The notes: a model not told the origin generated them from the letters alone. DNA of 64,000 nucleotides from Lama glama (GCA_028534125.1 CM052829.1:23746001-23810000); one strand, 5' to 3'. Positions 24,422-38,140 are shown, numbered from the stretch's first letter. Numbers and translations: made by a program.

Positions 24422-25004
24422 GTCAATTATGTGAGTAAATGAATTCTCCCTTTTTTTTTTCCTGCAGCCATATAAGTTGGCTTTCTGCTACTTATGACAG
24501 GAAGAGTCCTACCAAATTCAACATACAGTGTCAATGTTTCCAAGAGGTGACTGTCAACTCTCCTCTCCCTGATATAAAAACTTCACCACTTGCAGCTCGA
24601 GGAAACGTTAAGGATAGTTCTGTATCTATCTAAACATTTCTACCAAACACAGTAATTATCAAGCAGAGACTACTGTGTTTAAAATACTAACTGGTTTTCT
24701 GAGGCAACATTATTTAGTACATACTTTGGAGTGTTCTCTGAAACATGACATTTGATGTGACCACATTTTCTGCAATTTATTAGTTATAAAAATAATCTTA
24801 AAGGAGCCACCTTATTTCAGCCTCTTCATTTTCTTCCCAAATCCCCTTCTTAAATAGCCCATGACTCATAGACATGACCACTCAGTTATTTTCTCTCCTT
24901 TACAAAAGTTCAACTCTCTATTTTCTCTATTAATGGAATAGAAAATATGATTCTTCTCTTGCTGCATCTCTAGGAAGATAAATGTCTCAGTGACCTTACA
25001 GATG

Positions 25005-26690
25005 TTAAATTTATTCAAGAAATACTAAGTATATATTATTGGTAGAATCCAGTGGTGTCTGTTCAACATACTATTGTGCTATTGGGGTTGACAGAGATCA
25101 ACAGGATGTGATCTCTAGCTTTAAAACATACAGTTGGCTTCAAAAGACACATATTTTATAATAGTAATACAATAGCGATAGGAGCAAAGATGCAGCAGGG
25201 GCTCTAAACATAGAAAAGATACAATGAAAATTCAGAGAAAGGGGAGATAGATTACTTTTTCATGGAAGAATTCGGGAATACTTTGCATAATGTTGGAGAT
25301 TTCATTTGTCCTGAACCAAGAAGACATACATTATGTTGAGGGATTGACTTGTAGGTGAGGTATAATGGGAATATAGGGTATGGGAAAGGAACAATATATT
25401 GTAAACCCAACATGGTAAATTAGTGAAAAATTATAGAAAGTGAAATCTGAAATCTGACATTTACTTATTAGGGGATGGGGAATTATTACAGGTTTGTGAA
25501 TAGGGACTTAAAATAGCACTAGTGTATTAGCAAAATGGTCTAATGTTGGATATGGATAATTAAACTGGTATTACAATATGGTAGAATGAGTCATGTGATA
25601 GGGGAAGTTCAGGGTGATTTGGGAGTATATAGGAGAGAAATCAACACTAGATTTTTAACTCAACAAATGCTTCTCCCTGAGGAAAGTGACATCTGAGATG
25701 AGATCTAAAGGATAAGTAAAAGGTACTCTGGTAAAAAGGATGGATAAATGAGATGAGGTAGGAGATACACCAATTAAAAAGAAGGGTAGCAGAGAGATGC
25801 AAAAATATTGCATGCTGAGATGCTAACACAAAGAAGACAGGTGAAGTTGAGCATAGTTCACTCTGGGGACCAATACAAGCTCAGTTTGGCCAAAAAGATA
25901 AGAAGTGGAGACAATATAGAGCCTTTTAATCATATTAAGAAATTTGGACGTTGTTCTAAGAGAAATGGGGATACATTGAAGGGTTCTAAACAGTAAAGAA
26001 CCTGATCAAATCTGTATTTTGAAATTAGTTTGACAGTTGTGTGGAGACCAGAAGAAGGAAGTCAAGAAACAGGAAGACCAGAAGAGAAAGAACAGTGGCT
26101 TGGAACAGGTTGGCAGTAATGTGGAAGGAGAGATATGAACAGATTTAACAGCTGGTTAGGAAATGTCATCAATGCAATTTGGTGATGGATTGATGGTAAA
26201 AGATGAGAGATTTACTGTGGAATGAGAATAAGGAATAACACAGTCAAGGATGGCACTCAAGTTTCAGGCATGACAAATGGGTGCCACTTGTTGAGTTAGG
26301 TCTGGCATGAAAGATGATAAATTCAGTTTTGAACTTAACATCAAAGCGGAGATGGATATATTGTTATAAAACTTAGCAAAGAACCTAGGCTAGAAGCTTC
26401 ATTATCATCACACTAGTGAAATAAGCCATACGAACTGATGGGATCATTCAGGAAGTATGCCTAGTGGGAGAATAGAAGAGAGTCTGGGGTGAAACCCAAA
26501 GGAACCTCAATATTTAAGGGGTAGACAAAGGAAGAAAAACCTATAAAAATATGGACAGTGGCAACATTAAAAAAAGAAGAGAATGTAACATTATCAAATC
26601 AAAGAAAAATTGTGTTTCAAGATGTACAACGTAGCCAAAAATGTTAAATTTGCTAAGAGGGAACGAGAAGAACATCTTTTATAGTTATTA
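25005..26690 (-). mobile_element. Decayed L2 LINE fragments
   Basis: GAGGAAAGTGACATCTGAGATGAGATCT..AATTTGGACGTTGTTCT..GTCAAGGATGGCACTCAAGTTTC are reverse L2 motifs. Confidence 0.7.
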
Positions 26691-26694
26691 AGTA

Positions 26695-27200
26695 GCTATG
26701 AAATTATAACATTATGGTATCGGTGTAGATGCAAATAAATAGAAAAATAAACCACTGGAACAGAATAAAGTCTAAAGAGAATCAATGTGTATACATACCA
26801 AAACTTCATATATGATAAAGACGGTGTTTTAAATGAGGGGAGAAAGAATGGACCACTTAGTAAATGATGATGAGACAAGGCCAGCCATTGACAAAATACA
26901 ATATTCAAACAAGTTAAACAAAAATCATTCCAAAATCCATTTACAAATATAAACTATTGTTAGATAAGAGACTTAAACATGAAAAACAAAAACTATAAAA
27001 TTTGGGGGAAATATATGATTGAATATATGTGATCTCAAAGTAGAGAAGAACTTCTTTAAAAAGACAAAAAAGCAAAGTCCACAAAGAAAGTTGATAAAAT
27101 ATCTTATACCAAAATTAAAGTCTTCTTATGATCTAAGACATTACAATAAAGTTAAAAGACAAGGGACAGATTTAAAGATATTTTCAACTTATATAAAACT
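26695..27200 (+). mobile_element. Old L1 ORF2 fragment
   Basis: ACCACTGGAACAGAATAAAG..TATGATAAAG..AGACTTAAACATGAAA..AAAGTTAAAAGACAA match L1 ORF2. Confidence 0.75.
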
Positions 27201-27279
27201 TATATAATATGCATTATAATACATAAACATTTAATATATAATATTATACATTAATATGTACCCATCAGATTTACAAACC

Positions 27280-27500
27280 AGAAAAGAGAGTCTGGGGAAA
27301 AAATGCAAAAGGAGCACCGATATTTAAGGTGTAAGCTAAGGAAGAGAAGCCCATAAAAATACGGAGAAAAAGTAGCAATTTATGAGGGGAAGAAAGAATG
27401 TTGTGTCATAGAACCCCTCAAAATTGTGTTTTGAGAAAGGTTAAACAGCCAGGGTTTCAAAATTCAGAAGTTTTAAGACTTTTGAAAGGTAAGACAGGTA
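27280..27500 (-). mobile_element. L2 fragment, similar to 26475-26660
   Basis: Shares AGAGAGTCTGGGG, ATATTTAAGG, AAGGAAGA, ATAAAAATA and AAAATTGTGTTT, in the same order, with 26475-26660. Confidence 0.6.
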
Positions 27501-28631
27501 TGATCTCAAGTACCCTCAGGGAGTCCAGGGCAGCTCACCATTCTCTCTCTCAGCCCATCTCTCCTGGTACAGAGCCCCCAAGGTCAGGGCTCTAGTCTTC
27601 ACCTTCATCCTGGACCTGACCCTTCTGGTACACACCAAATCTCTCTAACAGTTTTCCATTTCTGTCAACTGATGCTATAGTCTATACCAGCTTCTCTTTC
27701 CTGTTTCATTATAGCTCTCTCTGCCAATTAGAATCCTCCACCTTGCTGGTGACAGGACAGTAGTGCAGTGAGAGCACATCTTGGTGCCTTTGAAAATGGA
27801 GTTTTTACTCCTTTACAGGAAAGCTATAGGTATACATAAAGTAAATAGTATTTACAGATATTTACTGAGTGCCTATTATGAGCTGGGGCTCATATCATCA
27901 GCAACAAAATACATTAAGAATGAATTAAAATTTGATGAGAGAGAAATATTGGCCCCACTACTGGATTTCCTCCTATGCATTTAAAATCATTTTCTCTTCT
28001 CCTTCTACCACAACTGTTCCTTCACCAAAACTGTTTCCCAAATCAACACTATTTTTGGAGATTGTGCCTCTAAAGTGTTAATTCAGCTCAGAACCACGGT
28101 AAAAACATCAAATAGAAAGAACAACTGGAAAGCAAGAAGCAAAGAACTTCTAAACTCTACCATTTAATGTTTAACATTAACCATTCCCCACTGGGGCAAA
28201 TTTGTAAATCACAAGTCACAATTTAGCTTTGGTTACACACTTCCTCCTGTGTAACTGGACTCCTTCTCAGCCTGCAGGCGTCAGGAGGCTTTTTCTGCAG
28301 CCCTGCCCTCCCCACCTCCTTCCAGCTGCCTGTGAGCATGCCTTCCTGCAGGCAGCCCCTCGGCAGCGTTCTCTAGCCCCATTCTTCCACTCATCTTCCA
28401 TCCATTTTTGGGCCCATTTGCTGTTCCTCTGCTCTCTGCTGTCCAAGGTGGGGGCTGTTCTCACATCATCAGCCAATTTTCAGAAAGTGCCTTTTCTAAA
28501 CTTAGCAGTTATCTGATTACTAATCCACACTGAAGTTCTTATAGGAGAAGGAAAAAAAAAAAACCAAACAGGTGGTGTCACGACTCCTGTGGTGATTTAC
28601 TTTTAAAATGGAATTTGCTAATCTAGAGACA

Positions 28632-29010
28632 TGTTATGGGCTGAATTGTGTCCCCCCAGAAACCACATGCTGAAGCCCTAACCCCAGTACCTCAGAATGT
28701 GATTTTACTTGCAGCTGGGGCCTTTAAGGAGGTGATTAAGTTAAAATGAGGTCATAAGGATGGGGCTGTAATCCAATATGATCAGATGTTCTTATTAGAA
28801 GAGGAGATTAGGACACTGACAGGTACAGAGGGGACAAAAGGAAAAGACATCTATCTAGGAGCCAAAAAGAGAGGCCTCAAAATAAAACCAACCCCTGCTG
28901 ACACCTTAGCTTTGAACCTCTGGCTTCCAGACTGTGAGGAAATACATTTCTGTTGTTGAAGCCATCCGGTCTGTGGTATTTTGTTATGGGATCTCTAGCA
29001 AACTAATACT
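28632..29010 (+). mobile_element. ERVL-MaLR solo LTR (MLT1B-like)
   Basis: Starts TGTTATGGGCTGAATTGTGTCCCCCCA; contains CTAACCCCAGTACCTCAGAATGTGA; ends CTAGCAAACTAATAC. Confidence 0.9.
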
Positions 29011-29624
29011 TGAAAGAACACAGGTCCTAAGGAAAATATTTTGGGGAAAGCTGCTTCCTCAGACACAAGGTAAAACTGTACTGGACTGCTTGTGTGTTTC
29101 TTTTCATTGTATCAGCACATATTTTTCCATAATTTACATTTTGTTTTTCTTACTGATTACATTTTGTATATTGCTAAAAGTTTTTTCCCTGCAATATAGA
29201 ATTTATAATTTGAATCCTAACTTATTAAAAGTAGATTAATGGTTAGTTTCTTACTTTGCATTGTTATATCCAGATTCCTTTAAACAATCACCCTGAGAGC
29301 ATTTAAAATAGAGATGCCATTTATAAAAGTTTACTTTTTATGCATTTTTTAAATGCTGGAATTTTTTGAGCTATTATATAAGTGACCAACATTAAGAAAA
29401 GTTATCGTTGCAAAGGTTCAGATTCATAATTAAAAAATTAAACTTTGATTATTAACGGTATGGGATTCCCTAAAACAGCAAGCTTCATGAGGGCATTTAA
29501 AACCTGAATTCCATTTAAGGAAACTTCAACTCATGTATTATTTTTAGGAGTCTTCTAGTCATTAGGAAAACACTTTATCCGTATTTTAGGGAAGTACATA
29601 CACATCTTTTTTATGTATTCAGTG

Positions 29625-29770
29625 ATCTACCACCATTAGGTTGTAAGCTTTATGATGTCATTGGATCAAGTCTGACTGGCTATGTCTCCAGGACCCAGTA
29701 CAGTACCTGATGTTTAGTAAGGCATCAGTATGTAACTGTTTGACGAGTGAATTGATGAATAAGTGAGAGT
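29625..29770 (+). mobile_element. L2 3' terminal fragment
   Basis: TAGGTTGTAAGCTTTATGA..CCAGTACAGTACCTGATGTTTAGTAAGGCATCAGTA..GAGTGAATTGATGAAT. Confidence 0.7.
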
Positions 29771-32700
29771 GGGTGAAGGATTTATGTGTAAGTCAAAGGA
29801 TATAATTCAAGGAGACTGATAGGAGGTCCTTACAACAGCATACCCAGTAATCCACTGACGTTTAAACCATGCTGGGAGTCCAGATTATGTGAACCCGAAG
29901 GACAGAAATTGGATATTTTATTGAGTGACCAAGGCATGGGGCTTTCATTTTGCAGGAGGACAAAGATTTTGATGGGCAGAGGCAGTGAAACAAATATTCC
30001 AACTAGCATTAGAATAAAGCTATAAGAAATTATATCTCAAGGAGGGTTGCTAGCAGCCGGAAACTCCACCTTGACATTTATTTTGGGGACCTCAGAAGAA
30101 CACGGGCAATACATGTAGAATATGCATATTGTGGGTATAGACAGTAAAATGAGAAGCAGATACTTCTAATGATAGCAAACCAGATATTTTCTGAGAAATA
30201 GATCCTTGTACTAAAGGAGAAACTAATTTATTCATCTCAGATCGCTTATCTCAGTGTCACTAACTGGCTTTAATCAACCACTTAAGAAACAGAACAAGGG
30301 TATGCATCTTGCACCTTCATGACTGAGATGACGACTAACCTTTACATGATCAGATCTACCTAGATATGGCTAAGTCTCCACCACATACACTACAGAATCC
30401 CTCTGTAAAAGACCCCAGGGGTGTGTGATAACTTTCCTCTTCAGATTTATAATCACACTGTGGCGACTCTGAAAATTCTGAAGAGTGGGGCAAGTAGAGA
30501 TGCCGGGTACAGTGTGGATTTGCCATGTTGTTTATAATCAATGTGTTATGTAAAATTAAAAAAAAAGTTTAAGTCAAATTCCGTTAAATAGATCACACGT
30601 AACATTAATTTTGTGCCATGACAACTATTCCTAGTGTGTAGTATATGAACATACAGACGCAAGCATGCAGCATTTTAAACACCTAGGATGGCACTTCCAC
30701 CTTATTTATTGAGGTGGACATATGTCAATAAGAAAACTCGTTTCTCAGATCAAAGAATAGCTGGGGACATGTTTCAGCAAGAGACTGAAAACATGGATGC
30801 ATTTTTCCCTAGAGTGGTCAATACTTCCCCATTCTCTCCCATGCCTGCTTGCTGCCGTGACACAAGCTATCCCCATATTTTCTATGCAGCATGACTTTCC
30901 CACCTTCTCCATCCATGTTTGCTAGAGATTCTAGGAACAAACCCATATCACACAGGTGGGCTGATCAATGACTAAGCAGGAGGGGCCTGTACAGTTTCTT
31001 AACATGCTATAAAATTGATCCAAATAAATCCCGAGTCTAATTCGAACAATGTTAAGCTTTTAATTCATTCCTAGGCTTATTCTCCAAGGCTTATGCCAGA
31101 ACTCTCTCACCTACTTCCACTGACTGTTAATGGCATCTTTCTAGCTGGCCTCACTCTGATTTAGCCTTTACTTCAGGCAGAACTGCAGCCCTGTGAATGC
31201 CTATCATCCCACGGGGTGCTTCTCCCCTGACTCCTACAGCAGTCTCCGTGAACTTCCCATTTCTGGGCAGAAACTACATGGACTTCCTCAATGGGTTCTT
31301 GTGCCCAGACTGTTCCTTACCTCTTTCCTTCTGAATGCACCCTTTTCCTCTTGCTGTGACAGCTCTCTCACCCTGATTAAACCATCACGCTGCAGAACAC
31401 TCGCTTCTCTCAGTTATTTCTCTGTCTCCCCAGTTTTGCCTTATTTCTGGTCACCAGTCTGCAAGGCTGGTAAGAACTTCTTATTCAATTTCTGGCAATC
31501 CTTGCTTGCTTTCTTGTTTATCATTCAATTATAAAATAAATCTCAGGAAAATTCCATGTTATATTTGACAACATTGTGTATTCTCCCAAAGCAGGGATGA
31601 AACGTATATTTATGGCAAGAGCATTTTCTCTTATTTTCTTAGGTAGTCTAATGGCTTTAAGAAAAGCCTGAATGCTAAAGATAGCTGAGAGTCCTACATG
31701 GAAACAAATGGTCCATATTTCCCATCATTTATTTTGTATCCTTCATTGTGCAAATTCTGGTTCCCTGCATGTGATAGAGACTCAGTTAATTATTCAATAC
31801 TTTTCTCAAACACTTTCCCTCTGCTGCTTCTAAATGTAGTATCAGATTGGATAGCTAGCCTGTTGTATCTGCAGAGAATATGTAACCTTAGCATGTACTG
31901 CACTCGTCTCCATGGATACCAAATTTCTGTGAATGGTACTTCAAGTAAAAAAAATCTAAAAGGGGGAAGCTGAATTTTGCATTCTTTCTGTTTAGGTCCT
32001 TCCCTTCCTGACCCTTTTTGTCTCCTACATTTTCCATCCCAGGCTATGAATGGCAAAGATCCTGCCACACTTAATGCAACAGATAACCCTTGCATTAGGA
32101 TCACAGGGGGCAACATGTTTGTACCTTTTTGACTATTCTGTGAGCATCAACCCACGGCAACTGAAGCTGCTACAGGAAATGGGAAGGTAAAAGCCCAAGT
32201 CTACTTTGACAAATTCTAACCAGGGATCTCCAACTTAAGGAGTGCAGAAACCTGGGGTTTAATAAGAACAGTAATTGCAAAGGGCAGGTGGGGGGAATCC
32301 TAGAGCAGTTTTCACATCCTTAAAAAGCTAAATTGAAATGATAAGTCATCACAACCCAACAAAATTGTGAAAGTTCTTCATATTTGGTTGGAATATTATT
32401 AACTTCTTTAGCAAATCCCTGTTTACCATCCCGTGCTGCTTAAAGCTGTGCTGGACTGTTACTTTTGCTGTCCTTAAATAATAAAAACAGAAAACATGTC
32501 TATTACTGTAGTAAAAGGGTATATATTCATTGATGTGAAGAGAAACCTAAGGAGGAAGTCAAAATTAAGGTAGTAGGCAGTCTTCTTTACAGATGAAACC
32601 TTTCAAAATTGTAGTATCTATTAACACAAAGAAAAGGGTCCTTGATGGTTAAAAAATTTTTTTTTGAGAGTAACTGTTTTTACCTAATCCTTTGCTGATT

Positions 32701-34129
32701 TGTATGTTGGTTTGTATGTTCTATTTTAATGCCTAAACTTGTTTAAGAGCAACAGACACACTGAAGGTAATTTCTGAAACATTATCTTGGTTATTTGCTT
32801 ATTCGGAACTGAAGAAGGGAAAGTAGATCTCAGAACGTGAGGTGAGGAGTCAGTGTAACTGTCCTCGCTAAAGACCCAAAGGGCAAGACATCGAGGAGCC
32901 TGAGCACGGGTACCCAAGAGAGTAATGCTGAAGAAGGCAAGGAGATACGTGCTCTGCAGAGACCACTGGGACTGCTGGCAGCCGTGACCTGGAGCATGAT
33001 GCAAACTCCACTCCTCGGCTCCCGTGGCTGTCAGGGTGCAGCCAGTTGGGGCTTCCTGGCAGGATTCTCATGGTTTTCCAGGAAGGAAGGGCAACCTGCT
33101 AGGAATGAATGTTCTTTAGGGATTGGTTTGGATTGTGCTAAGGTCAAGAACAGGGTCCAACACCAATAATACCGTTATTATCAGGCTTCTTTCCTCTCAC
33201 AAAAATACATGCTAAGTTTGGGATATAAAGAGTTTTTCCCCATTAAAAAAGAACCCACCTCCATATTCAGAAATCATGCTACCAACAGTGACAGATAACT
33301 ACAGGTGAGAATGGCTAAAAATTCCTCTCTGCAGACAGCTGTCAGAATTAAGCTCCCTCCCACATTGTAGGGATGGTGGAGAGAGCAGAAAGGAGTTCTG
33401 GGAAACATTCTTGCCTGTGCCATCTTTTCAGCATCTTGAAGCAAGTACCTCTAATGAGTACCTCTTCTCCTTCCCTCCCAAGTCAGGCAAATCCAGAAGT
33501 CCACCTATTTCTTATTCAGCAGCAGGTCACTATCAGATACACCTGTGAGAGATACAGGCTTTGTTCCTGATCTGAAATTTAAAGCCACGGAAAAGATATT
33601 CTCAAAAGACAGCAAAAATATGTAAAGGGAACTTCAGAAGCCAGCACTCTGGGCACATCCTGACTTCAGTATCAGCACACCCAGTAAGTATAAAGGAACA
33701 TAACGATGGGAACATTTCTTGAGAAGGAAGAGTTTATGAATTGGATGGTATCAACTAATTATATCCTAGAAAATGCCTGTCAAGTCAGACAAGAGCAATT
33801 CAAAGAAGCACTAGGAAAATAGAGTGGGATAAACAGCAAAATATTATTCACATCTATAAAAATTTCAGAGTACATTCCAAAACCAAAGGTTAACTTAACT
33901 TTGCTTTGACTCTTAAAAACAGAAGGTAATGCCACAATTTTCTCTGGCACAATATATACAGCATAATTAGCTCTATTATTATTTAAATTTTTTTTTCATT
34001 TTTATACCAATCAACTTTTAAGACTGTAACAAAAACAATTTTTCTTTTTCTTTTTATCTTTTCCCTCCAACTCTGGTCTAATTCTCCTTTCTCTCCACAG
34101 TTGGAAAGCAACTGTACTTCACTGAGGAG

Positions 34130-34265
34130 AACTGATAAGTTCCTTAAAGGAGGAATCATGTCTTACATTTCTTTGTAAACCCCACTCCCTCCTACCATGA
34201 TTGGCAGATTTAGGGACTCAGAGAGTGTTTGTTAAAAGATTGAATGGATGGGATGAGGAATGTAT
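34130..34265 (+). mobile_element. L2 3' terminal fragment
   Basis: ACTGATAAGTTCCTTAAAGGAGGAATCATGTCTTA..TGTTTGTT..GAATGGATG. Confidence 0.7.
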
Positions 34266-34399
34266 AAGTAGACAAATACATTTATTTTATCCATCTTCTG
34301 TAGCCTAAAGGGAAAAACCTGTTGCCCAAATGTTTATTATAACTCTTTTGTTAACACTGAGAGGATGAGGTAACTGGACCACGTAGAGATGGAAAGAAA

Positions 34400-34620
34400 G
34401 GAATGGCATTTGCTACACACTCAGAACATGTCCTGGGCTGGTGTTTTCACATGTGATTATAGTCAATCCCCATAATGACTCTGCCAGAAAATACCATTAT
34501 CTGCCTTTTACAGATAAGCAGATAGGGTCCCAGAGAGAATACTAACCTATCCAAATTCACATGGGTAGGAGCTAGGATTTAAACCTGAGTGCTACTTTCA
34601 AACAACACACTTTTTCCTCT
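34400..34620 (-). mobile_element. MIR SINE
   Basis: AATCCCCATAATGACTCT..ATTATCTGCCTTTTACAGATAAG..CCCAGAGAG..GAGCTAGGATTTAAACCTGAGT. Confidence 0.7.
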
Positions 34621-37600
34621 ATTCCTTGTCTAAACACTAAAGTGTAAAGATTAAATCACTAGCAGATCAAGTTGTGAGACTTTTTAAAACTCTTGGCACT
34701 TAAGTGGCCCCTCCCAATTAATTAGTTATGTGTTGAGCACTCGCCACGTACAAAGTACATTTGAAATGCCAAGGGGCACAAGAGGATAAATGTCTCCTCC
34801 TTTATGATGGGCAGCTGGGGCCCGATGTCCATGATTCAGATAACACAACATTCTGAGTGTATGAGGAAGTATCAAGATGATTAAGGAACTTCAAACATCT
34901 TTCAAAGAAGTCAAAAATAATCCATCTTGAGACTAACAGTAATTTTCTCTCATTAGGATAAACTGGATTTAGTGCTAAAATACTGACTTTATATGCATAA
35001 TAATTATTAGGCTCATTTTGTAACCAAATAATCTTCTGATGCTAGAAATGTCACTAAGATTGAGTAACTTTTTGGAGAAGGTTTTTAAAGAGTTTACTGG
35101 ACATCTAAGAGTGTTGTCTGACCACTAGAGGTACCCAGATGCTAAAGTTTACCAGCTTCCTTTCTTCTTACCCAGAATCCAATCAGAGACCACCAGGATG
35201 ACAACATTTTGAGAAATCAGGTCCTGTTAGCCATTTGCTCCATTTCTACCACAGAGTAGCTATGGGAATTTGGAAATTCACAGAATCAGGGTGATTTCTT
35301 AGAACAGAGTCTCCAAGAATATTCTGATGATGTATGAAGGGGTATATCTGTCAGGGATTCTACCCTTCCACAATTCAGTCTGCCATTCTGAGAGATTAAA
35401 TACTCATCTAAATAAATAGCACTTCAGGAAAGAGCTTTGCCCAGAATCTCTGCCTTCTTGGTTCTCTCTTGCCCTGAGTCTAACCTAAAGTTCTCCTTTC
35501 TCTACCAGGATGGGAACAGCCTTAACACTGTTTGGCAGCTAAGCCTGCAAACCAGTTGATGACAGGGCCCAGAGGCTTCACTCTTCATGTCAGTGGGCCA
35601 CCTAGGAGCACAGAGGGTCACAGACACAGTTCTGGGGGAAGCACCCCCTAGATACAGGTTAGGGTTGAGAACAGTGGAACAAGATAGGGTTGGTCCATCC
35701 TTTCTCAGTAGATTGAGCAGGTCTTGGAGGTGGAGTTGGCACTTCTCTGATGCTCACCACAAAGTAAAGTTATCCCCCAAAACTGACCCTTCCAGGCCTC
35801 TAGGTTGTGTGCTGCTCAGTCCCGGACAATGGAGGGTGGAAGCTCTTCCCAAAGCAAACAGCTCTTGCTCAGCTGACATTCACCTGGGTGGTGGCCCAGG
35901 CCAGGCTGGGGAGCAGAGGTGGGAAGAAAAGCCATTCCAGATCCTTATTGGGCCACCAACTCAGAAGGCTACGTACCAAGCTACTAATTGTCAGGGTCCA
36001 GCCAACCCTTCCTGACAGAGCACATACAAGGCAAACATTGTTCTCAGTCAGACCTTGCATCACAAGAGAAAATTCTATGGCATAGCCATGGCCAGATTCT
36101 TTCCCTTGTCTGAGATGCTAGACTGCTGCATCTGTGTCCTCCCTGGGTCTGGGGAATCTTATATCGCCCTCAATTCTGTCCAGACTACGTCCCAGTCCAG
36201 TATTAAATGCACAGTTTCCTGGCTGTGCTTGAGGAGGTGTCCTCTTATCTACCTCCCTGAACTGAGAGAAACTGTTTCAGGATGTTTCCTAAGAAAAACC
36301 TAAGGAAGACAGAAGGAAAATTTCATTTTTCGTGATTTATTCTTCTCAAATTTTGATTTTTCACAAGAAGCATGCATTAATTTATAATAATAATAAAAAG
36401 AAGGTCTAGAAGGAATGAATTCACTTCACCCATTTCACATAAAATTGTTACTACAAATGAATTTAAAGATATTAAATATAATGTGTGTGCTTTATTGAGT
36501 GCTGAGGGAAGTGGTACAATTTAATTGAGGATTTCCTGTGCTGTCTGGAGCTGAGAATAAGGGATTGTATTGTGGCCTCCCTGTCCCTGTTTTCCCTTCC
36601 CCCAGAGCCTAATATATCAATCACATAAAATTAGTGTAATTAGGAAGTCGACCAAAGACAGACAGGCTCTTCCTGTAAGTTTTTCAAATGAAAACCCAAG
36701 CACCATTATAAAGCAAACACATTTATCTATTCGTTGAAATTGGATGAATATGATCACTGTAACTTTAAGGAACTCAGACAATTCAAGATTTACGGCATCC
36801 AAAATACAAATCAATTCTTAGAAAATGAACACAGGCTTTGATGACAAATGACCCATGTCTCCTTTGGAGCATGCTGTGTGACCCGCTCCCAGGCGTGTGT
36901 CCTTTGTCTTTCTGAGGATGCCTGCTCCCATCCTATAGCTCAGCCCACCTCATCCTGCTTCCTCCCTCAGAGGGCAGGGGTTGGTGATGGTGTGACCACT
37001 GGCTGGGCTTGCAGAGGGCTGCTCCTGGAATACCAACGCAGGAGAACTTGGCGCCCCTACAGGGGCTCTGGGAGCTTTTTTCTCTTAAGCCTACAGCAGA
37101 GAGCAATTTCAAGAGGGTGGCAGGAAATGCGGAAGGTTGAGCAGTGAACGGGAGTGGAGGAGACAGATACAATTGGGTGGACCAAATCCTTTCAGCTGCG
37201 GAGGGGAGAGAGAGAGCAGTCATAGCCTGGGGGGATGGACGCCAGGTCATAATCAAGTTACTTTAGGTTCAGAAGCATTTAGTATGTTTATAGCCTGAGG
37301 GAAAGAGCCAGGGAAGATGGGGACCTCTAGTTTTACGTTCATCACAAATTTCCATTGAGTTACTTCAGATTACAAAATATTGGATCTGTTATTATGTTGG
37401 TTTACTTTTAAGTGAGAGAATAAATCCTCCATGCACCTCAGTACTGAAATCGTAGATGCTGGGATCTCTGTGGGCCAAACAGGAAGACAAATTCTGGCAG
37501 TCACTCAGTGGCAAGTCCATCACAAAACTTGGCGTTTGGCTTTTAGTATGATTTTAATGTATTTAACAATAATGACGTACTTTTCCCCTGTGCTTTTCCC

Positions 37601-37984
37601 CTTTCACTATTCTGTGCATGTAAGGTACTTTCAAAACAATGCTTGTGTTTTTCTTAGAACACTACTCAGATAGCCTTCTTTTCTGAAATAAAGAAAACAA
37701 TCTCCAGCTCCTTTATAAAATCTGAAGTCCTTTTTGTTTTTCCAACTCTGCTCTAAACAGACCACAATTATGAAATGTTTACGCGTGGAAGAATTAGTGG
37801 CGAGTAACTACCTAACTATATGCCGATAGTACTAATTTTAAGACAGCTTATAATTAGTGCTAACCAGTTGCTGAGGGATTTCCGACCTACGATGCCAGTT
37901 GGCTCACTTTGGTTAACAAGAAATGGCCTTGATGTCCCTGCAAGAGATACTAGCTAGTAGGGATCGAATACATGCCAGTCTGTG

Positions 37985-38140
37985 AAGTGAGCATCACCAG
38001 GCCCATTTCATGAAGCAGAAATTGGAGGCATAAAGGCTATGAAACTCACACAAATCACACGGCTGGCTGGTAAGTGTCAGGGCGGGACCCAAATCCAGGC
38101 ATGGCTGACCACAAAGCATGTGCCCTTTCCCATTAAGCTG
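37985..38140 (-). mobile_element. MIR fragment
   Basis: CCCATTTCATGAAGCAGAAATTGGAGGC..ATCACACGGCTGG..TAAGTGTCAGGGCGGGACCCAAATCCAGG. Confidence 0.65.

Noticed and set aside
32859-33169. About 100-codon open frame in a GC-richer patch
   Set aside because: No ATG near its start, no convincing splice boundaries and no recognisable homology.
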